A stretch of 24,000 nt of DNA from Sulfurisphaera javensis (GTDB lineage: Archaea > Thermoproteota > Thermoprotei_A > Sulfolobales > Sulfolobaceae). The position numbers and the translations under genes are program-made. Positions 17,476 through 24,000 of this stretch are shown here, piece after piece (within the stretch, counting starts at the first letter, position 1; each line of letters opens with the position of its first letter). The notes below the pieces were generated by a model. The model ran no database searches and had not been told where the DNA came from. It saw only the letters and a list, made by a program, of their open reading frames with translations. The stretch is from assembly GCF_041154675.1 (NCBI RefSeq), contig NZ_AP031322.1, positions 1,711,812 to 1,735,811 on the forward strand. The letters are read 5' to 3'.

Positions 17476-17742
17476 ATGGTGAGTAAAGTGGGAAAACTTG
17501 TATGTTTAATATGTGAACATGAAGAGGAAGTACCTAAACATTGTGGAGTTGAAATGGATTATATTCTAAAAGGAAATTTTAGAAAAATAGAGTATTTAAA
17601 ATGTAAGATCTGTGGAGTAGAAAGGGAAGTCCCTAGGCATTGTGGTGTTCCTATGCTCTATATTGACGAAGATTATTTCCCTGTAAGTAAGTTAACTAAA
17701 TCAGAAATAGAGGAGATGAAAAAGCTTTATTCAGGTGAGTGA
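17476..17742 (+). CDS. Small Cys/His-rich protein with two tandem CxxC-x9-HCG-x2-M modules (putative metal-binding hydrogenase accessory protein)
   Basis: The ATG directly abuts the hypE stop, and the stop lies 1 nt before the hypC ATG. Internal duplication: VCLICEHEEEVPKHCGVEMDYI and KCKICGVEREVPRHCGVPMLYI. Confidence 0.6.
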   Translation: MVSKVGKLVCLICEHEEEVPKHCGVEMDYILKGNFRKIEYLKCKICGVEREVPRHCGVPMLYIDEDYFPVSKLTKSEIEEMKKLYSGE

Positions 17743-18022
17743 AATGTGTGTAGCCTATCCTGGGAAAGTAATTGAAATACATGGTGAATTTGCAAAAGTA
17801 GATTTCGGTGCGGGAACAATTAGAGATAATATACTCATAAGTCTAGTTAATGTTAAAGTTGGTGATTATGTTCTAGTTCATGCTGGATATGCTATTCAAG
17901 TAGTGGATGAAGATGAAGCAAGAAAGACTATTGAGATGTGGGAGGAGATGACTAAAGAATTAGATGAGGAACAGAAGAAAAAAGATTTATATGAAGCTAT
18001 AGGTAGTGGTGCAAATGAGTGA
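17735..18022 (+). CDS. hypC: Hydrogenase maturation chaperone HypC
   Basis: The true start is most likely the ATG at 17744, giving MCVAYPGKVIEI with the essential Cys2. GGTGAG SD lies just upstream. Conserved core GDYVLVHAGYAI. Confidence 0.9.
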   Translation: MSEMCVAYPGKVIEIHGEFAKVDFGAGTIRDNILISLVNVKVGDYVLVHAGYAIQVVDEDEARKTIEMWEEMTKELDEEQKKKDLYEAIGSGANE

Positions 18023-19145
18023 GAGACTACCACAAATTTTAAAATATTATAGAAATCCGACACTTGCCAAAAGCATAACAGAAAAAATTAACGAATTAGC
18101 AAAGAAAATTGAGGAAAATATATCAATTATGCACGTTTGTGGTTCACACGAATGGACCATAACACATTACGGTATTAGAGCATTATTGCCAGATAATGTT
18201 CAAGTAAGAGCAGGACCGGGATGTCCAGTATGTATAACTCCAGCAAAAGATATTGATGATGCAGTAAAGTTAGCATTAGACGGAATTGTTGTGATGACAT
18301 ATGGAGATATGAGCAGATCTAAAGGAACTAAAATGAGTTTACAAGATGCAAAAGCTTTAGGTGCTGACGTTAGAGTAGTTTATGGTGTACAAGATGCTGT
18401 ACAAATGGCAAGAAAAGAACCAAATAAAGATTTTGTATTCTTTGCTGTAGGAATGGATACTACAGCACCAGCAACTGCTTATGAAATACTCTCTGGCGTT
18501 CCACCTAATTTAAGCTTCTTGGTATCTTATAGATATACTCCATCAATACAAGGTTCTGTGATGGAATCTAACGTTTTAGGAATTGACGCTTTTATCTCCG
18601 CTGGCCATTCAGCTACAATTACTGGAATGAAACCGTATTACGAATACTTCTTAAGAACAAAAAAACCGGTAGTATTTTCAGGCTTTGAACCACTAGATAT
18701 ATTGCTTTCTGTTTATATGTTACTAAAGCAAATTTATGAGAATAAACCTAAACTTGAAAACGAATATACAAGGGCTGTAACATGGGAAGGAAATGTAAAA
18801 GCACAAAATGCAATGGAAAAAGTGTTTGAACTTGAAGACGGTTATGTAAGAGGAGTAGCTGTATTTCCAAAAGCTGGATTTAGGCTTAAAGATGAGTTTA
18901 AACATGCAGATACAAGGGAGAAATATGGCTTAAAGAAAGGGATTTCGACAGAAGATGAATATGTTACCGGGGCAAGATGCGGAGAAGTTGTCATGGGACT
19001 TATAGATCCGCCAGAATGTCCATTATATATGACTGTTTGTAAACCAGATGATCCTAAAGGAGCACCTATGGTATCTCAAGAAGGTACATGTTGGATTTGG
19101 GCACATCACAAAATAACTAACCTTGTGCCTAAGTGTAAGAGGTGA
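18006..19145 (+). CDS. hypD: Hydrogenase maturation protein HypD
   Basis: Motifs CGSHEW, GPGCPVCITP and GMDTTAP (GFETT variant), plus the C-terminal Fe-S motif CGEVVMG..PPECPLYMTVCKPDDPKGAPMVSQEGTC. Likely start is the ATG at 18015. Overlaps hypC. Confidence 0.95.
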   Translation: MVQMSERLPQILKYYRNPTLAKSITEKINELAKKIEENISIMHVCGSHEWTITHYGIRALLPDNVQVRAGPGCPVCITPAKDIDDAVKLALDGIVVMTYGDMSRSKGTKMSLQDAKALGADVRVVYGVQDAVQMARKEPNKDFVFFAVGMDTTAPATAYEILSGVPPNLSFLVSYRYTPSIQGSVMESNVLGIDAFISAGHSATITGMKPYYEYFLRTKKPVVFSGFEPLDILLSVYMLLKQIYENKPKLENEYTRAVTWEGNVKAQNAMEKVFELEDGYVRGVAVFPKAGFRLKDEFKHADTREKYGLKKGISTEDEYVTGARCGEVVMGLIDPPECPLYMTVCKPDDPKGAPMVSQEGTCWIWAHHKITNLVPKCKR

Positions 19146-19873
19146 CAAAAATAGTCTACATGATTGGTAATACATATTGTAAATTATGCCAAACAAATGA
19201 ACAACAATTAAAGGAAGAGCTTGTTAAAACTGTAAAAGCATTTTATTATAAAGGATTAGTAACAAATGCTGGTGGAAATCAGAGTGCTAGATTACCCGGA
19301 AGTAACAAAGTTTGGCTAACTCCTTCTGGCTATCCCAGAATGAGTTTGTCTCCAGAAGATTTAATAGCAGTTGATCTTGAAGGAAATGTTATAGAAGGAG
19401 ATTTAAAACCCTCTATTGAAGTTTATGCTCATCTAGAAGTTTATAAGAGAAGACCAGATGTAAATGCAGTAATTCACGCACATGTACCTTATGTAATGGG
19501 AGCAACAATATCTGGATTTTTGGAAATAACCCATGGAGAAGCGGCAGCAATATTAGGGGAAGTAAAGATTATCCCATACTATCACCCAGGGACTAAGGAG
19601 TTAGCTAAAGCTGTAGGCGAAGCATTTCAGGGTACAGGAATGAAGGTACCCAGAGTAGTAATAACATTAAACCACGGTGCGTTTTCAGCTGGAGCATGTA
19701 TTCATGAGGCTAGAGCTTTTATGGAAATTTTAGATGAGTGGGCTAGGTTTAATATTGCAGCTAAGGCGTTAGGAGGAATAAAACATAAATTAACGTTAAT
19801 CGACTTAAGAAAACCAGGAGCAGGGTACATTAGGGCGGTAAAATTTGGAGGAAGAGCAGGTAAAGTGTCTTGA
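19142..19873 (+). CDS. Class II aldolase/adducin-domain protein (FucA/MtnB-like), translationally coupled to hypD
   Basis: GGNQSARLPGSNKVWLTPSGYPRMSLSPEDLIAVDLEGNVIEGDLKPSIEVYAHLEVYKRRPDVNAVIHAHVPYVMG matches the class II aldolase pattern (GN.S.R..ITPSG...PS.E...H..IY..RPD..AV.H.H). The GTG at 19142 overlaps the hypD TGA. An alternative ATG is at 19160. Confidence 0.8.
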   Translation: MTKIVYMIGNTYCKLCQTNEQQLKEELVKTVKAFYYKGLVTNAGGNQSARLPGSNKVWLTPSGYPRMSLSPEDLIAVDLEGNVIEGDLKPSIEVYAHLEVYKRRPDVNAVIHAHVPYVMGATISGFLEITHGEAAAILGEVKIIPYYHPGTKELAKAVGEAFQGTGMKVPRVVITLNHGAFSAGACIHEARAFMEILDEWARFNIAAKALGGIKHKLTLIDLRKPGAGYIRAVKFGGRAGKVS

Positions 19874-20150
19874 GAATTTAAAGAATGTAATAGAACCAGA
19901 AACTGGGTTACCAATAACAGAGTTAGGACTTGTGAGAATTGCAAAAGAAAATGGAGAATTAGTTATAACTTATATACCAATTTCAGCTTACTCTCCTCAA
20001 ATCTTAGTCATTTCTGTTGGAATTCAATTAGTAAAAGAATGCAATGCTAAGGTTAAAATAGAGAATTATTATTTAGAAGAAGAAATAAATAAAAGACTGG
20101 AGGAACTAAGGAATGAACTCTCACGTGTACTTAGCAAAACATCTTCTTGA
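19845..20150 (+). CDS. DUF59/MIP18-like small protein (Fe-S assembly-related fold), atypical
   Basis: LKNVIEPETGLPITELGLVRIAKENGELVITYIP resembles the DUF59 N-terminal pattern (L..V.DPE.g..i.eLGlv). The usual T..CP cysteine position reads SAYSP. The only in-frame start is the TTG at 19845, which overlaps the aldolase-like gene by 29 nt. Confidence 0.45.
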   Translation: MEEEQVKCLENLKNVIEPETGLPITELGLVRIAKENGELVITYIPISAYSPQILVISVGIQLVKECNAKVKIENYYLEEEINKRLEELRNELSRVLSKTSS

Positions 20151-20424
20151 ATTATCAAAAAACTCAAGTGATAATATAATTAAGCTTCAAGCACTTCTTA
20201 GATGCGTAGAGGAGTTAGCTATATATAAGTACAAAATTGATGATTCTATGGAAAATTATCAGAAAATAACAATAAATTTCATTAAAAATGATAAGGAATT
20301 ATATGATTTATATTCTATTGTTCTCGATCTAATATTTTACTATTTATTGGGAGGAGAAAATATTAATGTTAGTGAAATAGAGGAAAAAATAAATGAGAAG
20401 ATCAATCAGATAAAAGAGATTTAA
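20113..20424 (+). CDS. Hypothetical helical protein, last ORF of the hyp operon
   Basis: 103-aa ORF whose ATG overlaps the previous ORF by 38 nt. I recognise no family motif. Its 3' end overlaps the convergent HypC-like gene by 23 nt. Confidence 0.35.
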   Translation: MNSHVYLAKHLLELSKNSSDNIIKLQALLRCVEELAIYKYKIDDSMENYQKITINFIKNDKELYDLYSIVLDLIFYYLLGGENINVSEIEEKINEKINQIKEI

Positions 20425-20632
20425 TCTTATCTTTCAAATCTTCTTCTATCTCATTAGGATTTAGAACTTTGATTGCATATCCAGCATGAACTAAAACATA
20501 ATCACCAACTTTAGCATTAACTAGAGAGATCTTAACCCCTCTTATTATTCCGTTAAAATCAACTTTAGCCTCATCACCTTTAATTTCTATTATACGTCCA
20601 ACATATGCCATATCATAAGGATCATATTCCAT
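20402..20632 (-). CDS. HypC-family paralogue lacking the N-terminal cysteine
   Basis: MEYDPYDMAYVGRIIEIKGDEAKVDFNGIIRGVKISLVNAKVGDYVLVHAGYAIKVL aligns to the 17744 HypC (MCVAYPGKVIEIHGEFAKVDFGAGTIRDNILISLVNVKVGDYVLVHAGYAIQVV). It has neither Cys2 nor any other Cys, and it carries a 7-aa N-terminal extension. Lies downstream of the hydrogenase C endopeptidase. Confidence 0.75.
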   Translation of the reverse strand: MEYDPYDMAYVGRIIEIKGDEAKVDFNGIIRGVKISLVNAKVGDYVLVHAGYAIKVLNPNEIEEDLKDKIKSLLSD

Positions 20633-20637
20633 ACTTT

Positions 20638-21126
20638 CTATTTATCTTCCAAAATATTTAGACATTTCTCTTTTACCAGTTTTTCAATATCTGAAACCTC
20701 TAAATTTATTTTTACACCAAATTTCTCCATAAAAAGTTTAAATATAGGAAATAATTTTACCATTCTATTTATACATTCTTCCGATAATCTAAAGTTAATA
20801 TCTACAATATATGGCTTACAAGCAACTACATAAAATTTTTTATCCTCATATAGTTTTAAGACTAGATTTAATCCTAAATCATGTAATGAAAAATCATAAT
20901 CTGAACTCCTTTTCACCTCATATATCCCATACTCTGAATCAATATTAGCTATATCTAAAAGGACTACTATATCATATTTATTTATATCAATATTAAGTAA
21001 ATTTGATGTATCAAGATCTATTACCTCAGCTCCTAGTGTGTTATCTTTAATAATTTCAGCTAAACAAGAACCAAAACCATCATCTCCCATCAACCTATTT
21101 CCAACACCTACAATAGCCACTTTCAT
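20638..21126 (-). CDS. Hydrogenase maturation endopeptidase (HybD/HoxM/HycI family)
   Basis: 162 aa. [24 protein letters not shown] (GxGNxxxxDDGxG) and the later SLHDLG His motif. Overlaps the stop of the large subunit by 4 nt. Confidence 0.9.
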   Translation of the reverse strand: MKVAIVGVGNRLMGDDGFGSCLAEIIKDNTLGAEVIDLDTSNLLNIDINKYDIVVLLDIANIDSEYGIYEVKRSSDYDFSLHDLGLNLVLKLYEDKKFYVVACKPYIVDINFRLSEECINRMVKLFPIFKLFMEKFGVKINLEVSDIEKLVKEKCLNILEDK

Positions 21127-22646
21127 AATAATTTCTCTAATATATGGTCTTTAGTAATTATATGAACTGCGCATGCTGAACAAGGATCAAAACTTCTAAT
21201 AATTCTTAAAGCATCTAAGCCACTAACCTTTTCAACCTCTTCAGTAACCTTTTGTCCTATTATGCTCTCTTCTACTGGGCCACCATTACTACTAAAGTTC
21301 CTATCCGTGGGAGTAATTATTTGATATCGAGATATAATCCCATCCTTTTGAAGTATCCAATGAGCATTTCCACCTCTAGGAGCATCATGAGCCCCAACAG
21401 CTAAATTAGTCCCTTTACCTTTATATTGATTAATTTCCTTACTCTCCTCTAAATTCATAATATAGTCGTAAAGTAAACCTACAGTAAACATTCTTGCAAA
21501 AAGCCTTTCTACTACATCATTGGCTATATAATCCCATTCATAGTTAAATGCCTTTGGCTTTCCCCTTTGTAATCGATATGAGTAAAGCCTGGCAATATCA
21601 CCAGTAGTAGGCATAAACTCCTCTGAAGAGAAAACTTGTTTGACAGTAAATAAATAATTACCAGACAATTGCTTTAATTTAGTCTCTTTATTCCATGGAT
21701 GATGCAAATCAACCTTATTTCCTAAAGGATCTTCAGATACTGTTTGCTCCCAATTGTCATAGGCAGTTCCTTCAGTGTAAACTCTCACACCCAAAAGAAT
21801 ATCAATTAAATTTCTACTTAGAAGCTCTCCTTTACGTATTAACGCTGGAGGAATAAATCTCTTTATACCCCAATTATTCATATCTTCATAATTAGCATTA
21901 TAATCATGTGAATCTAAGAGTCCGTAAGTTATGAAATTTGCACCTAGATCTTTATAAATATTTTTATAAAATTCTCTTAATTCCGCAGTTACATAGAATA
22001 ACTTTTCTATATCCTTCTCTATTTCTTTAAGTCCTTGCTTAATCTTTGTAATAACATCTTTATCCCTAATCTCAATACCTCCGACTTTTAAAGAAAGTGG
22101 TTGAGGATATCTTAACCATATTAATGTTGCTAAGTCCCTTAATTTCGTTGATATCTTTAGTGCCGTTTTGTAAATTTCCCCTTTGTAATATAAATTATCC
22201 ATTATGTCTGAAACTTTAGTATATCCATGAATATCACGATATATACTATAAGTATTCAAAGCTTTTTCAAATTGAGACGGAGTAAAAGATGCAACTATAG
22301 GTGAAGAGAAATCAATACCTTCAAATATAAACGCAACAGTCACATTATTATACATAATATCTGCTAAAGCATAGGCAACATTTCTTAAATCAATCACACC
22401 AGAAGAAGGGTAAATACCAGAAGCCATTTCTAAAGCTTCAATGGAAACTAAAGTATGAGTAGCACCACAAACACCACATATTTTCCCAGCAATATTAGGT
22501 GCTAAGTTCAGCTTCTTATTCTTTAAAAGTAACTCAAATCCTCTGAACATTGTTATTTTAACTTTGGCAAAAGTATAATATCCATTCTCTATCTTGGTTT
22601 CAATTCCTAAATGACCTTCAACTCTAGTAATTGGCTCTATCTTCAT
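21123..22646 (-). CDS. [NiFe]-hydrogenase large subunit, hydrogenase C
   Basis: 507 aa. Motifs [21 protein letters not shown]...[11 protein letters not shown] (L1) and [11 protein letters not shown]-terminal [10 protein letters not shown] is followed by a 12-aa tail, [12 protein letters not shown]. Confidence 0.92.
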   Translation of the reverse strand: MKIEPITRVEGHLGIETKIENGYYTFAKVKITMFRGFELLLKNKKLNLAPNIAGKICGVCGATHTLVSIEALEMASGIYPSSGVIDLRNVAYALADIMYNNVTVAFIFEGIDFSSPIVASFTPSQFEKALNTYSIYRDIHGYTKVSDIMDNLYYKGEIYKTALKISTKLRDLATLIWLRYPQPLSLKVGGIEIRDKDVITKIKQGLKEIEKDIEKLFYVTAELREFYKNIYKDLGANFITYGLLDSHDYNANYEDMNNWGIKRFIPPALIRKGELLSRNLIDILLGVRVYTEGTAYDNWEQTVSEDPLGNKVDLHHPWNKETKLKQLSGNYLFTVKQVFSSEEFMPTTGDIARLYSYRLQRGKPKAFNYEWDYIANDVVERLFARMFTVGLLYDYIMNLEESKEINQYKGKGTNLAVGAHDAPRGGNAHWILQKDGIISRYQIITPTDRNFSSNGGPVEESIIGQKVTEEVEKVSGLDALRIIRSFDPCSACAVHIITKDHILEKLL

Positions 22647-22648
22647 TG

Positions 22649-23191
22649 CTAACCACCAGAAGTTAAAGCATAGTAAATTGCTGCAATCATCATTTTATCC
22701 GAAGCTGGACAACCAGGCACTTCATAAACTCTTTTACCTAAAAATTCGCTTACTCCTACGTAACCTAATTCCCTTATAATTCCCCCATTTACAGCACAAG
22801 AACCTACAGCAACAATTGCCTTAGCTTTTTCAGCTAATTTTTTGATTAACTCATTACAAGTCATATCTCCAACATAACAAAGTCCATCTTTATCCTTTGG
22901 AATCGCTCCTTCTATCACTAGAACAAAATCTTTTTGTGAAAGAATTTCGTCTAAGTATTCCTTCCCACATTTCTCTTCACAAATGTTAGAGTAAAGTTTG
23001 AACGGAGAAGAATGAAAGAAAAGATTTTCCAAAGACTTACAGCCACTTTTCAGTATATTTACACTTTCACCAGAACATGATTGAGCCTCAATCCAAACTA
23101 TATTACTCTTTAATACTTTCTCTAACGCTTCACAATAATCCATAATAACTTTTTTACATAAAAAAATATATGTTTTTCTGAAGACTTTCAT
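22649..23191 (-). CDS. [NiFe]-hydrogenase small subunit, hydrogenase C; short form with only the proximal-cluster domain and no Tat signal
   Basis: Motifs [22 protein letters not shown] and EVPGCPAS. No medial or distal cluster region is present. The start is more likely the ATG at 23143 (MDYCEALEK), which has CATATATTTTTTTA about 25 nt upstream, giving about 164 aa. Confidence 0.85.
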   Translation of the reverse strand: MKVFRKTYIFLCKKVIMDYCEALEKVLKSNIVWIEAQSCSGESVNILKSGCKSLENLFFHSSPFKLYSNICEEKCGKEYLDEILSQKDFVLVIEGAIPKDKDGLCYVGDMTCNELIKKLAEKAKAIVAVGSCAVNGGIIRELGYVGVSEFLGKRVYEVPGCPASDKMMIAAIYYALTSGG

Positions 23192-23552
23192 CTAGGTATC
23201 AGATAAGCATATATTGTATTTAAAAAGAACAAAGAAAAGAAAAATAATTAATGATTAGAGATGATAATAAATATAAACATAGAAAAATTTCAGCACTTTA
23301 CTAACTCTTTTCTCTATAAATAGAATAACAGAAATCATTAGCAGAATAAATGAAACTGTAAGAAGAAATAGAAACAACATATACAGAGAAGTAATGTTAG
23401 TATTAAGACTTCTCTTTTATTTAGTTAACATTAAATAAATCGTTTTTAACCTACATGTATGGATCTTATTTATTTGATCTTATGAAGAGATAAACTTATT
23501 TTGCGTCAATAACTAGGATAAAAATATAATCTGAAACATTACATTTCTCTCC

Positions 23553-23984
23553 ATGAGTGGTTATAAAGTACAAATAATGAAGAAAACTGCCTTACAGTTT
23601 TTGAAAGATGCAAAGAGAGACTTAGAGGAAGGAGGTTATAATAATGCAATATTTTATACTGAGGAAGCAGTTCAATTATACATAAAGGCTGTGCTATTTG
23701 AGCTTTTTGCTACTGAAATTAGATCTCATGACTTACGTTCTCTACTTTCTTCTCTTTCCTTAAGCTTAGAGGAAAGTGGATATACAAGATTTTCCCAAGA
23801 AATTAAGGATTTGACACGAATTTACAGAAACGCTTTAATAGACCTTGAGGATGCATATATTGATAGTAGATATGGAGGGATAGAATATAGTAAAGAACAA
23901 GTGGAAGAGTTAATTGAAATTGCCGAAAAGATTATTAATAAACTGGAGGAAATAAGCAAAAATGTCAAGCTGGGTAAAGAATAA
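23553..23984 (+). CDS. HEPN-domain protein (HEPN/MNT toxin-antitoxin-type)
   Basis: 143-aa helical protein with FLKDAKRDLEEGGYNNAIFYTEEAVQLYIKAVL, RSHDLRSLL and EDAYIDSRYG, which is the HEPN (PF05168-like) pattern. A new ORF (ATG 23962, MSSWVKNKFKHLA...) overlaps its 3' end and runs off the window. Confidence 0.6.
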   Translation: MSGYKVQIMKKTALQFLKDAKRDLEEGGYNNAIFYTEEAVQLYIKAVLFELFATEIRSHDLRSLLSSLSLSLEESGYTRFSQEIKDLTRIYRNALIDLEDAYIDSRYGGIEYSKEQVEELIEIAEKIINKLEEISKNVKLGKE

Positions 23985-24000
23985 ATTTAAGCACTTAGCC

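Noticed and set aside
18723-18905. 60-aa minus-strand ORF inside hypD
   Set aside because: It is an antisense shadow ORF with low-complexity Phe/Lys-rich sequence.
19702-19944. 80-aa minus-strand ORF spanning the junction of the aldolase-like and DUF59-like genes
   Set aside because: It is antisense to two plus-strand ORFs in a tightly coupled operon and has no independent signals.
23251-23304. 17-codon ORF (MIRDDNKYKHRKISALY) in the long spacer upstream of hydrogenase C
   Set aside because: It is too short, has no SD or TATA at an appropriate distance, and has a composition typical of random AT-rich sequence.
1-24000. Search for CRISPR arrays, tRNA or rRNA genes, IS elements or transposases, and integrases
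   Set aside because: I saw no spaced direct repeats, no GC-rich structured segments in the AT-rich intergenic regions, and no ORF with transposase or integrase motifs. Apart from the HEPN gene, the region looks like chromosomal metabolic and accessory DNA rather than a mobile element.

Overview
This is an AT-rich archaeal window. Leaderless genes with BRE/TATA boxes about 25-30 nt upstream of start codons, GGTG-type Shine-Dalgarno sites inside operons, a sequon-rich surface protein and the gene content suggest Sulfolobales, but that is inference. The window is essentially a [NiFe]-hydrogenase island with three structurally different hydrogenase gene pairs. Hydrogenase A (1..3236, minus strand) has a Tat-signal, C-terminally anchored small subunit and a long large subunit that runs off the window start. 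Hydrogenase B (13279..15757, minus) has no Tat signal, and its small subunit is interrupted by one in-frame TAA. Hydrogenase C (21123..23191, minus) has a very short small subunit carrying only the proximal cluster, its own endopeptidase, and a HypC-like protein that lacks the N-terminal cysteine. Maturation genes present are hypF, two canonical hypC copies, and a tightly coupled operon of hypE, an 88-aa Cys/His repeat protein, hypC, hypD, a class II aldolase-like gene, a DUF59-like gene and a 103-aa ORF. No hypA or hypB was recognised. A 388-aa large-subunit paralogue that has lost half of the active-site cysteines sits divergently from one hypC. Genes between these clusters encode an APC-type permease, a glycosylation-sequon-rich beta-helix surface protein, a thioredoxin-fold protein, a CPBP protease, an HxlR-like regulator, a DUF1641-like protein and a HEPN protein. 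I saw no rRNA, tRNA, CRISPR array or transposase. All motif alignments were done by eye and subgroup assignments are not claimed.
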